DNA of 64,000 nucleotides from Plasmodiophora brassicae (Eukaryota): NCBI GenBank assembly GCA_036867785.1, contig CP145410.1, positions 558,001 to 622,000 of the forward strand, read 5' to 3'. Shown piece by piece: positions 38,781 to 52,715 of this stretch (position 1 is its first letter; each line of letters starts with the position of its first letter). The notes under the pieces were generated by a model. It saw only the letters and a program-made list of their open reading frames with translations, ran no database searches and was not told where the DNA came from. The position numbers and the translations under genes were made by a program.

Positions 38781-39063
38781 CCATGGATGGTGCCCTGCTC
38801 GTCGTCGTCGGCATCCCGGATTCGTGGACGAATGGGATCCAGTTGACGCGGCATGTCGCTGCAGCCATATCTTCGGCCGATCGTTGTACCAGCATTAACA
38901 ATGCATGTGTTTGCTACCGTTGATTCGGATCGAGGGGAGGTCGCGATCCAGGGTAGAATCTGACCAGATACTTCGTGTGCTAGTGCTCTTGATCGGTCAA
39001 GGCCGCCAGTGCGAACAGGGATACGACCAGCGCGCGTCCCAGAGAGTGACGACTGCTCTACTG

Positions 39064-40959
39064 ATGGCGACTTCCGACCAACGACGGCAATCGGATCAGG
39101 CTGCGGCCGCCAGCAATGCCAAATCGTCATCGCCGTCATCGAAACTAAGTGTCCCAGTTAAGATCGCCATTGTCGTTGCCGTCGTTGGTGTCGCGGTCTC
39201 GTTCGTCGCCCTGCGACACGACAGCGCTGTATCAACGCCAGTCAGGGACGACTCCCGCGCTATCGTCGCCCTGGAAGTTCGTTCCCTGCCGCAATTGGGC
39301 CGATCCCGTTTGCTGATGCGCCTGCGATCGACAGGATGCCGGCGATAGCGACAAGACAACCGCGGGTGCTGACAAGGTGGCGAATCATCCCCAGGTGAAT
39401 GTGACGTTCTACAACGTTCATCAGGAGCCCTGCGATATTCTGGTCCGCGGGCGTTTACTGTCACGTGACCGCCTTCGCAGTCTGACTCATGTTGGGGGCG
39501 ACCCGCAGTGGACCAATGACGACGGAAAGGAGGTGAAGATGGAAACAATAGAGGCAGGCGGCAGCAGGGTATTCACCAGTTACGTCACCCACCTCTGTAA
39601 GGCAGGAGCGTCGTGGGCTTCTCGAACGCTCACTCGAACTGTGAAGGGATATGGAGGACGACGGCCAGCCAAGAGTACATCAAGTCTGTCCTGTTGGACA
39701 CCCCGGGCACCTTCTACAGTTACTCCTCCGTCGACTCCTCGTTCCAGGAACAATACCAGAAGGCACGTCGCTTCTGGGTCTGGAACAGCCACTGAAGATC
39801 GCTGATGGGGACCTACAGGAGCATGGCTTTCCCTGGATCAATGTCGTCCCTCGTGGCCCGATGATCCGGTGGGTTCCCGATCCAGTCGCCGTTGGTCACG
39901 AGCAGACGTACGAGATCGGGCCCGGGTTCTACACGGAACGAGACGGCGTTCCCGATCCCGAGTCCAAGTTGAACATCACGCTCGTCACTGAGGCGGTCAT
40001 CCCCAAGGTCTTCGTCATCGAAAACTTCCTCAGTGCCGACGAATGCGACCACATCGTCGAGCTCGCCATCCAGTCGGGGCAGATGAAGCGGTATTTGGAT
40101 ATATCGTGCACCTCGGCTGAACCTGAATGACGAGCGGGGCACAGGTCGGGTGTGAAGACCACTGGGGAGTTGGTGCCGACGCGTACGTCGTACCAGATGT
40201 GGCTCAAAGCAACCGAGACGAACATCATCGAGAACATATTCAAACGCGGGTACAACCTGATGCAAATCCCCTTCGGTACAGACTGGAACGTGTACGGCGA
40301 AGAGCTCCAGGTCCTCCGGTACCAAGTCACTCAAGAATGTAAGCTCGCCTTGTGCCCATGTTGCCCAGCTGCCACCTAACTGCTACCGAACCAGATCAGC
40401 CTCATGTAGGACGGCACCATTGGTCTCCAGCGCGCACGCAGGAATCGTCCTGATCTGTCCACAGGAGGACTTCTTCAAGCCGACCGATTACCCGACCTAC
40501 AAGGCGGTCCAGGCTGGCCAGAACCGATACGCAACGCTGTTCCTGTACCTCAGCGACGGTGGGCCGGTTGGGGGCCATCGACATGCCGACTCTAACTGAC
40601 AACTCCTGGGTGCAGTTGACGAAGGTGGCGAAACGGTCTTCCCACGTGCCCATGGGACATACGTGGAAAATGCATGCCAGCACCCTGAGGGCGTCAAAGT
40701 CAAGGTGAATACGACGGAAGACTGCGCGAATCTGGTCTGACCTTGACGTAGGCGAAGAAGGGACGCGCCGCCCTGTTCTTCAGCATGCTGCCTGACGGGA
40801 ACCTGGACACGAACTCGCTGCACGGCGGCTGTCCCGTTATCGAAGGCACGAAGTGGGCGGCCAACTTCTGGTGATTCCTAGCCATTCCCGCCTGTTGGCA
40901 CCGTGAACTGATTCGCGGGCATCGTGACTAGGCTTTGGGACCCGAAGTTTACCAACTGA
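39064..40959 (+). CDS. Type II anchor + VHL-beta-like domain + prolyl 4-hydroxylase, copy 2
   Basis: TM IAIVVAVVGVAVSFVAL; VTFYNVHQEPCDIL|WTNDDGKEVKMETIEAGGSRVFTSYVTHL|W; PKVFVIENFLSADECDHI, LQVLRY, EYQPH|EDFF, NRYATLFLYLSD, GGETVFP, LHGGCPVIEGTKWAAN. Confidence 0.9.
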
Positions 40960-41627
40960 ACCGCCACTACCACACTGCAATACAGTTTTCCCCATTCGGT
41001 TGTGTATTCATTCGCCTGGGACGGCCCCGCTTCGCGTTTGAACTTTCTATCGGGCGACTCCGGCTTGAGTGCATCGTCGCCAGGACGGGCCATAGAGCTG
41101 CGAGCCCGGAAACGCCCCAGAACGGCACTGACACTCTGCCGCGTCGTCGTGCGACTCGCTCCACATTGCCCCAACGAGCGCATCAGGGTCTGCTGAACGA
41201 TGATGAGTCGAGCACCGGCTGCTCATCTGCGAGAATAACTCACAACGCGGTAGTGACGGGGAGTTGCCCCCAGAATCGCATGTAATGCCTTATGGTCCCG
41301 TTCTTATTCGCCCCGTATCTTGCACAGGATGTGACTATCGCGGGATAGTCACTTTCCCGTTCTAATCTGACGTGAATGGGGATAATTGTTCCTGGCTTCT
41401 TGTGACTAAAGTGGGCTTCATGACTATTTCAAGATGAGACTAAAGTGAGGTTTTCTGTAGTGGAAGCGAACATGGGACCCCCAAGTTCCTGTGACAGGGA
41501 GGTGGGCGCCCCTCCAGGTTGGCGCACCTGAAAGGGAAAGCCGGACTATGTGACTGGGACGTACAGAAGAGGCTCACGCGACTCACAGTAGTGGACGTTG
41601 CTTCGTGCGACAATATAGTGCACAGCG

Positions 41628-43502
41628 ATGACGACGGAAACACCAGCAGAGACTCACAAGAATGACGTCGTGCAACGGCGATCAGGGTCGACGATTCCGA
41701 TAAGAGCAGTGGTGGCCATCGTCGTGATCGCAGTCGCCATATCGTTTGTGATCGTGCCTTTGTACGACCGTTTTGTCAAGGGCGCGGGTGAGCACCCGAC
41801 AGTCAGCCAGGAGGGCAACGTCGCTGTATCTCTCGGCAATGACCGTTACGAGGCTCTGGAAGCAGAGGTGTCCGCGTCGGACGAGCCACCTGAGGTCACT
41901 ATCTATTTGCATGCGCTGCCCGGGGCCGGCGCAACTCAGTACGTGTTCCAGAGTGACGCGTCGAGTGACGCTTCGACCTCGAACGCGGGGACATTTGTTC
42001 CAGTTGCCATTACCTGCATCAACGTGCACAACGAAACCATCGAGATGTTCTGGAAGAACTACAACGGCGAGGAGATCAGCATGGGCACCATCGCCCCGTA
42101 TGCCAGCAAGCTGTTCAACTCCTACGCCACTCATATATGTCGGCGTGCTAAGCGGTAGGCCGGTCTGAATCGACCTCAATTCGTCCATTCTAGGGGTCTG
42201 GAGGGTTGCATCGTCGCAGGAGTTCATCAAGGAGACCGCCCTGGGCACAGAGGGCGAGGTGACGCTATACTCGTCGATCGAGACGTCATGGCACGAGACT
42301 TACGAGAAGGTTGTCGTCGTCGTAACAAAGCGCCCGCTGCCATTGAAAACCACGATAGGAGCACGGATACCCATGGCTAAACGTGTATCCACGTGGCCCA
42401 CTGTCGAAATGGGTCCCCGATCCGGTGGCAATTGGGCACGAAGACAAGCGAGAAGTTGGACCTGCGCACTGCACGAACGAGGGAGAAGCCGGGTCACCCG
42501 ATTCAAAAGTCAATGTTACGCTGCTGACGGTCTCCACATCGCCCAAGGTTTTCGTCGTCGACAATTTCGCTAGCGAGCTCGAATGCGATCACATCATCGC
42601 CCAGGCCTTAGCGTCAGGGAACCTGCACAGGTTGACCAGAAAAACCTTCGGGTATCGGTTCCAGGGCACTGACGGGCGCTGCAGGTCTGTAGTGAAGAAC
42701 ATTGGTGAAGTCAGCGACGCGCGAACGTCAGAGAATACGTGGGTGGCCCCTACAGAGTCGAAGATTATCGAGAACCTGTTCAGGCGCGGATATGACCTCC
42801 TGAAACTGAACTATTCGTCTGACAGCTGGAATGTCCATGCCGAGAAGCTCCAGGTGCTTCGGTACCAGGTCGGTCAAGAGTGTTAGTGTGGCGCGTTGTT
42901 GCGTTCAGTGTTCGCACCCGGCTCATTGCATCCGCTGTAGATAAGCCGCATGTACGGGGAGCTGAGCGTGCACCATCATGTGCATGTCTGAACGCGAAGT
43001 GATAGGACGATTACTTCGCGCCTGCCGAATACCCGAATCATAAGGCAGCGCAGGCCGGCCACAACCGCTATGCGACGCTGTTCCTGTACCTAAGCGACGG
43101 TACAGCACCGTCACCCGACTCGGTTGCTCGTCTCCGCCCTGACCCGGCCCGAACAATCAGTGCTCAGTGGCGGTGAGACGGTGTTCCCGCGTGCAAACGG
43201 CACATTCGTCGAAGAGGCCTGCACGGCGGAAGGTGCCCTGAAAGTGAAGGTGGGCGAGGCGCTGTCTGCCTGCGGGTACGGGATGCTGACGGTTGTTCGG
43301 GCAGCCAAAGAAGGGAAGCGCTGCGTTGTTCTTCAGCATGCTGCCGGATGGGAACCTGGATAAGAACTGCCTGCACGGCGGTTGCCCTGTCGTCGAGGGC
43401 ACGAAGTGGGCCGCAAACGTAGGGCGAACGCGTATCGTGTCGGGTTGGGACTGACGAGTCATCCGGCAGCTGTGGTTCTGGGATGAACGCTATGGTGATT
43501 GA
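41628..43502 (+). CDS. Type II anchor + VHL-beta-like domain + prolyl 4-hydroxylase, copy 3
   Basis: TM AVVAIVVIAVAISFVIVPL; ITCINVHNETIEMFWKNYNGEEISMGTIAPYASKLFNSYATHI|W; PKVFVVDNFASELECDHI, RTSENTW, EYKPH|DDYF, NRYATLFLYLSD, LHGGCPVVEGTKWAAN|LWFW. Confidence 0.9.
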
Positions 43503-43548
43503 CACCCTGGATATATACATGATGCCGTTTGGAAAGCGCAATGTTGGA

Positions 43549-44506
43549 TTACTGTAAGAGTAACTGGCTTGACTGTGGTGGCCGCCCCGAGGATTTCATC
43601 AGCTCAGAGATTACCTGCATCGCTCGCTGTGGATCGGTGCCATCCCTATCAGGTCGCGCAGTCGGCTTGCCCAAAGCCTTCCACATATGATAATGGGCGC
43701 TCTGCTTCCAGTGATAGTACAGGTTCACGACGTCCCGCGTGGTCTTGTTCTCGATCAGTTTGGCAATGGCGTGAAAGTCCTTTCCGAGCGTACAGAGGCC
43801 CGATTCAAAGATCGCAAGTTGAATCGGCGACCAGGATTCTGAATTTCACGAACGTCAGCACTTACAGCGTCGTGCACAAATAACAATTAGTAACGGTCGA
43901 TACCCCAAATTGAGCGCTTCCGCAAAGGTGACAGCAGCGCTTCAATCGTAGAGTATTGCAGACGGTCGTGGCTCGGTGGGATGAACCGCTCCATGCCAGC
44001 GGGGATTCCATGACGCGATGTCTGGTGGTACATGGCCGACACGGATTGCAGCAGCATATCAACTAGGACACTCTGGTTCAAACTTCACGCCGTATGCTGA
44101 CGACCGACGACACACTTCTCTGCCGTTGCGGCAGCGCCGACAATGCTGCTCCTCTAGGCTGTACAGGGCCACTTGGAAGGGTTTGCGGCACGGGAGATAC
44201 TCGAGATGTCGTCCGGCGCTTTCTCCCCGACGCAGGCTGTTCAGGGACAGGCTTCTCCGTTCGTCGCTTACGTCCCGACATCTAGGAGCGCCTCACACAC
44301 ATTTTAGCACCACAAACGTTTGAGATGCTGACCAGACCCATGAGGGGCACCGTTTCAGTGCTGCGTACTCGCTCATCTCGAACCGTCCTGATGACAGCGG
44401 CCAGACGCTTCTCTTCCGTCGTCAGGCGTCGCGCAGGCTGCCGTGCAATCCGCCGAACGAACGCGATGAGATCAGCCGGCGATGGGGTGTCGCCGCGAGA
44501 CGCCAT
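43549..44506 (-). CDS. SANT/Myb-domain protein (multi-exon)
   Basis: Last exon, absent from the ORF track, reads ESWSPIQLAIFESGLCTLGKDFHAIAKLIENKTTRDVVNLYYHWKQSAHY, a SANT domain; two GRKRRT basic motifs upstream. Confidence 0.8.
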
Positions 44507-44898
44507 GGCGCCCACCACCGACGCAGACGGGCCCGCCACGGATCTGTCGCCGCATGCCGCACGCGGGGACTCGACGCCGATCATCAGGCCTGTACCTGCT
44601 TTACTGTCACCGCCGACGCACACATTCGAAGCGCTCACACATGCCGCGTGCTGGCAGCGTGCCCGGAATACCGCGGGGCGATCGTTCGCATTCGTATCGT
44701 CGCCCGGTTCTGCCGGGGCTGGGGCTCAACCGAGCAGACGGGGTCGGCTGCAAGACAAGACAGCATTGCAGGGCTGTCGGTTTCGACTTATCGCATGGGT
44801 GCCAGAGCAGTTCGATGATCGAAACGCAGACGATGTTAATAATATGGCAGGCAACCCGAGGGCTCGTGTCAGGAGTTGCGGACATTTGGTCGGTCGCG

Positions 44899-45390
44899 AT
44901 GGTCATCCTGGAGAACGACCAGTTCCTGAGCCGCCTGACGCGCATGTTCGAGAAGGCCAAGGACGGGACGATCCGCATCTCCATGAAGCGACGTGAGTGG
45001 TGTCGTGGTCGGCGGCCATGGAGCGAGTAGTGATTCGGATTGCGATGCAGACCTGGAGAGACTGCCCGCCGACGGCAAGGAGGAGACGGAGCCGATGTGT
45101 ATCCTACGAGTGAAAGTCGGCAAGCAGCGCGCGACCACAAAGGTAGAGTATCGTCCGGGAATGGACGCTTTCCCACCATGTAACAACGTGTTCCAGATCC
45201 CGTATAGCGACCATGCCCGTTTCCAGGTGAACATCGCTAACCTATTTCGAGTGTATATGGATGGGTACAGATGGTTGCGTCACTTGGTTGGGGACAACAG
45301 TGAGATTGAGGATTCCGGAACAGGCTTAAGAAGCGGGATCGTCGCGAGATGACAGGCGACAAGTCTCGAAGCAAGCGAACGGTACAGTAA
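44899..45390 (+). CDS. SRP14: Signal recognition particle 14 kDa protein (4 exons)
   Basis: MVILENDQFLSRLTRMFEK..GTIRISMKR, CILRV, RFQ..ANLFRVYMDG|LKKRDR. Confidence 0.92.
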
Positions 45391-45515
45391 ATACACCCGC
45401 CCGATGCCGGTACTCTTCGTACTATTCGTCAAATTGTGTCGTCCACAGCCGCGATACGTGTAGGATCGTGATTAGAAAGATCGATCTGGTACAGGTGCTC
45501 TTGTTGATAGGCGCC

Positions 45516-47233
<1,718 letters not shown>

Positions 47234-47284
47234 GAGCAATAGACTATCGCGGCGTACACTGCTGGTTTCAAAATTCAGTGTGCC

Positions 47285-49456
47285 TTATACATTATACCTT
47301 CTAGGAGTCGCACGGCGCTGACGGGAAACGTTACCACCAATGCCGACACTTGCGAACAGACCATCCAGCTCCTCCTCCTCGCGGTCTTCACGGTCCTGTG
47401 CGTTCTGGAGGTCACGAACATCTGATTTAGGCAGGCCGACCTCAACGTCTTCCGAGACGGCGACCATGGGTTTGACCATCGATACTCGCTTGTAATGCTG
47501 CGCTGCTAGTTTTAGCTCGTGAACAAATCCAATCACGAAACGAACCTTCTCAAAATTCGCCTTGCGAAAGACTTTGTAATTGACACCGTTCGTTTGCGGG
47601 ACAGGGCGTTCCACAGGTAGCGTTCTTTCCGGCACGTCGAATCCGACGACGATGGCATTATCTGCAGAGCTGCCTTCGCCAGATGACAGATTGCGCTGAA
47701 ACAAAGTAACCAGCGGTTTCCTGTCCTTCCTGTCAGGAACAGTTTCTAGCGGTACGGCAGCTGGCGGTTCTGGCGTGGTTGCGTTCGCAGTGGGCGGAGG
47801 GACGCTTCGAGGCTTCTTTGCAGGTGACCCACTGGGAGCAACTGGAAGAGCGGTGCTAGCGGATCGCTTAAACGTGGATGAAGGCGCATGAACCGGCAGT
47901 TCCGAAGTGGACGCGTTCGCGGTAGATTGTGCATAGTACCGAGGTTTCTTAGACGGCGAGTGGATGGGTGCAACGGGAAGAGCAGTGCTGGCTGCTCGCT
48001 TAAAAGCCGATGAAGGCGCATGAACCGGCAGGGGCGATGCAACTGATGTATCGCCACGAGAAGGGCCTGTTCGTCTTGGGCTTACTGCGGAAACCGAGCG
48101 AAGATCCACTGTGCGTCGTACGTTAATGACTTCAACAGCGACAGAAGCATAACGAGAACCCAACCAAAGCGCAACGCGTCACAAGACCGTGTCACAACAG
48201 CGGACGATATGAGCGCCTCCTCGTTACAGAAGGCACCTCGCTGCTCAAACGCTGCTCGAATCGAGGCGGTTAGGGCAAGCCGGTCTCCCCGGGGACTTAT
48301 CAGGACAAGTGAACGTGGACGCTCAACTTCAAGTAAACGGACAAGCTCTTCGACCACGACATCTGATGGGAGAACCTCATTATTCCGCCCTCGCCATCTG
48401 ATGACAGAACAGCGTCCTCCGCCTGTTCCGATAACTTCTTTGAAGGTCTCGAGCTAAACCACAATTAGCGGTTCCCATCGTTTGATCATCGCCAGCCTAC
48501 CTGCTGCATGGAGAAGAAGCAGAAGACTTTCCCAGCAAAGACGTTCGGCGCCGATTGCTTAAACCGCTCAGCGGAACATACCAGTTGTCCATCCGCTTTT
48601 ACCGGACGATACATGTCACATGAGGGCAGTCTGGAGAGTGACCGTTAAAGATAGAAACGTAACGGAAAGTACATGTACCCAGGGACAGTTGGATCCGCCA
48701 TTGCAGTGAGCCAGGAATCGAGGACAACTTCAATACCCAGGATGAGGGCGCAAGCAAACTACGAGCCTCGTCAGATGTTCGCATAGGCGCTTGCCGAGCA
48801 GATCACCTTCGCAGTAATAACAGCCGGTTCCGATTTCACGACCAGGTGCGAACATTTCGGGGTGAGCTCTCTTGTCAATTCAGCCCCAAGTGCGCTCGCT
48901 GCCTTCCCTATGCGAAGTGTTACTGTGAGACCACTTGAAAACATGACAACGCGCCCCACCTATCGCTCCCGATGGCCCAGAGCTCGCCATATCGATTCGC
49001 GACAAGCACGCGACAATGTCCATCCAAGTAGCTCTGATGTACACCGGCTGAGTCGACACAGGATTCACGAATGAAGATCCACGTGAGGCGACCTGATCCT
49101 CGCAGGGTGCTTGCCGAATTGTAACGTGTCACCGTCGGCGATCTTGAGCGTGGCGCCTTTGTCCATGCGCACACCGTTTACGAAGACGCCGCCAGCGATC
49201 ACGCTTGTGGACATGTCGGTGACAGTGATCGTATCGCTCGTTGGACACCGAATCACGGCGTGCTTTCTGGACATCGACGGCACGCCTGGCAGGTAAACCG
49301 GTGAACCTGCGACGTGTCAGACAGCATCATGTCCCGCGACAAACACGCCTTGCCTTCCTGCCTGCCAACCGTAATTTCGCTGCCAGTAAGACAACGCACG
49401 TTGTGCGTAATCTCGGCGCCATCATTGCCTATCGAAGTCCACGACAGCAACCACAT
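47285..49456 (-). CDS. NBS1: Nibrin/NBS1 (FHA-BRCT ... Mre11-binding and ATM-binding tail)
   Basis: MWLL start, FHA (VGR, SMSRKHA, GVFVNG, GDTLQFG), BRCT (CSHLVV..ITAKV), NYKVFRK matching the NFKxFxK Mre11-binding motif, acidic EEEELDGLF tail. Confidence 0.85.
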
Positions 49457-49837
49457 CGTTTGCGCACTTGACGGACCATTCCAGGCCAGGCAGGCGTACC
49501 GCAAACTAAGCAGCCACTGACCAGCCTGCAAAGGACCTGCTTCTGTATTATGGAACGTCCCGACCACCTTAAGCTATGAGCGTATACGTGGGAACAACAC
49601 GTCCCCGAGAACCATGGATGCTGTGCAAATGGGTAAATCTGGCTTTCTGTCCCGACCCCTGCCCCAGCAGCGCTCGTCGACTGTATACCTATCCTGCGAG
49701 TGGACCTGCAGATATATTCCTGAGAGGTGACTTATGACGATCGGCCCTCGATACAAAGCGTCGAGCAGGCTCGCACCTGACGGAAAAAGCAGCGGACACG
49801 GCAAACCGCGTCGTCGGGGGGCATTGCGTGCTGGGCG

Positions 49838-50487
49838 ATGCCGCTCTACGAGTCGCTGTTCTTCATCCGCGGTAAATGCCAGCCGACAGAGATCGTTTCC
49901 AGCCTGACGAAGGCAGCGAAATGCGTCACGAGTAACGGCGGGGTGATCCGCCAGTTGGACAATCTCGGCAAGCGACCCCTAGGTCGGCTGTGTGTGCGGG
50001 GGGTGGCCCCAGCGTGTCGTGGCTGACGTGTTGCTCGTTGCAACTAGCGTACCCGATGAAGAAGCAGAAACAGAAATCGAGGTTCGGATTCTTGTACAGG
50101 TTTCGGTCTGAATGCGCTCCCGCAAACATCATTTCCCTTGACCGACTTCTTCGTCTCGACGAAAACGTCATCCGCCACATGACGACCAAGCTGAATCCTA
50201 CCAAGGTCCTGAACGATATCATTCCTCAAGAGAATCCCGTTTTGGTATACATCTTGAATGGATTCCCGATCCGCGTGCTCTAACGATGCGCTTAGTGGAA
50301 CGCAGATCGTACCACGATTAACTCCGTTCAGCCGAAAGGCGAGGAGAACCGTATGGCCTGGCTGTTCCGGCACGACAAAACGACAACGGCGAGTACGACC
50401 GAGTCGAAAACTTCGCCTGCGGACGCCTTCGGTGATCGCATTTCGAGCATCCTGTCGAAACTCAAGAAACCAGGGGACGAGAAATAA
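49838..50487 (+). CDS. MRPS6: Mitochondrial ribosomal protein bS6m
   Basis: MPLYE..NGGVIRQLDNLGKRPL|AYPM..LRLDENVIRH; 3 exons. Confidence 0.88.
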
Positions 50488-50708
50488 ACACCTCAACCTG
50501 GGTACGAGACGAACCCTTTTAGTCACATCTGAGTTCAATAACTAGCGTAGACTGTTTGCATGTAATACGGCCAAACTGTTCCAACTTCAGAAGCATTTCA
50601 TGAGCGGTGACTGGTGCCCGTCACGGTGCGCGCCAGGCATTCGCTGATACGCCACGGACTTCTCGCGGCATCACCGTCCCAGTTCATTGTTCGCCGTTCG
50701 TGGTCGCG

Positions 50709-51728
50709 ATGGCGGATCGGTTGGCGCGGATCTTCGGCACTGAAGAAGACAAGTGGGTGGTGACGTGCCGTCGTGATCCTCATACCAGTGTAGTGACCGC
50801 TCTTGCGCAGGGTTAACTGCCCGTTCTATTTCAAGATCGGCGCCTGCAGGCATGGCAATCGGTGCTCGCGTATGCATGTGCGTCCGAATTTCAGTCAGAC
50901 CGTCCTTATTCCGCATCTGTACAATCCACCTCATGGGAATCTTGTCACGGGACCATCCGGGTTATCGGAGGTTGGCTCTCCTGAAGACCAGCAATTCTAC
51001 TTCGGTTTGGAAACGTACTCCGGTATCTTCGATGTATGTACTCATGTTGTGCCTAGATTTTACGGATGACCTCCTGGACGAGTTGAACAAGTTTGGTCGG
51101 GTCGAGGAACTGCACGTTTGTCAAAATCTTGGCGACCACATGTTCGGTAACGTTTATGTCAAGTTCAGGGGTAACGCTGGGTGTACCGGCAGCGGTAAAA
51201 CGTTTCCTTTAACCAGGCTGCACAGATGAAGAGGAAGCTGAGCGTGCTCTTGCGGGAGTTATTGGTCGATGCTATGCCGGCCAGTTAATCCAGGCGGAGT
51301 ATTCGCCGGTGACTGACTTCCGTGAAGCTCGCTGTCGGCAGTACGATGAGGAGACGTGCGCTCGTGGGGGATACTGCAACTTTATGCATTTGAAGGCTGT
51401 ACCGCCGCATCTGAAAGGTTACCTGCGTTCGGCAACCCGAGGACGAGGCGGCGGTGGGCGTGATGACTTCAAGCGGGCGCCTCCGGCCTATCATCGCGAA
51501 GAACACGATCGCCGTGGTCGTGTTGATCATCGTCGCGACAACGGTGGCTACGATCGCAGAGACGATTATCGGGACCGGCGTGATCGTGATGATCGCGACC
51601 GAAGGGGCAGGGACCGTAACCCCCGGGGCAGCCGAGATGATTACCGAGATGCGCCGAGGCGCGACAACAGTGCCGAACGTCGTCGGCAGATCGCCGAGTG
51701 GAACCGTGAAAGGGAGGTCCAGCAGTAG
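50709..51728 (+). CDS. U2AF1: Splicing factor U2AF small subunit (U2AF35)
   Basis: [75 protein letters not shown]-rich tail. Confidence 0.97.
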
Positions 51729-51840
51729 ACAGTTCTACCAACACCTGCAACGCTACAATAAAATGTTCCTCGTACGGAAGGAAGGGCCGCAAGTCTGTCC
51801 AGAAGGATGTATTTGATCATGCCGGAAACCGCCTGTGGAC

Positions 51841-52484
51841 TCAATGCTCATCGTGCATGTTCTTCAGGTCGCCCACATTCATTCCTGTATGCAACAATGA
51901 GTCCGCAACGAAACACAACCGCACGTGACATCAGCAAACCTTGCACCGAAGCTCCATTGAACTGGATCCGGTTGATAAACGTGACGTCTTCTTGGTCCTG
52001 GTTTGACTCGATGAACAATTGGACAGAGTGGACATTCTGGAACTTCACAAATCGCAATGGGATCGGCTTCCCAGATAGGTCTGCCTCAGTCACTACGCGC
52101 ACAAAGGCAATCAGATACGCCCAGAAGTATATCGCGTCTGGTAGAACCATGAAGTGTTTGCACTGGAGACGATGACTGCGCTTCGCTGAAATCAAGATTC
52201 GGCTTGCCTATAAACACGTGAACGGTGGCCGGTCCGCTACCGTTCTCCGGCGGGTTCACATCCGCCTTGATCGCAATCGAATGCAATTTCACAGCGTTCT
52301 GAAACGCCACGGACAGCAGGACCTGCGCGTCGACATCGGGATCGCTCGACAGGATACCGGTACCAGACGCTTCCGGACCGATGATCCCTCTCAGCGCCTC
52401 CGTGCTCCCGTCCAGGACGTTCAGCGCCGTCGACTGCCGCAGGTCGATCGACGACGCCAGATCGACAAACGCGGACGACGACAT
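51841..52484 (-). CDS. Stand-alone PITH domain protein
   Basis: LSSDPDVDAQVLLSVAFQNAVKLHSI, GPATVHVF, IPLRFVKFQNVHSVQLFIESNQ. Confidence 0.88.
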
Positions 52485-52715
52485 GATCTTCTTGCTCCCC
52501 GCCGCAAAATATATTCGCGGGTGATCTGCCGGTACCTACTTGACTCGTCGACGGCAGAGCGGCTGATCTGTCCAAACAACAGTGCACAACCTGCGCAGTA
52601 ACGTATTAGCGATTTGCCGGTGACGCCATGTGCCGTCAACAGATATTATGCTGGACAGTATAATAGCGTTTAACCGGGAGGGTCATGCGTGTGTATCAGG
52701 GGGTACGCTACACAA

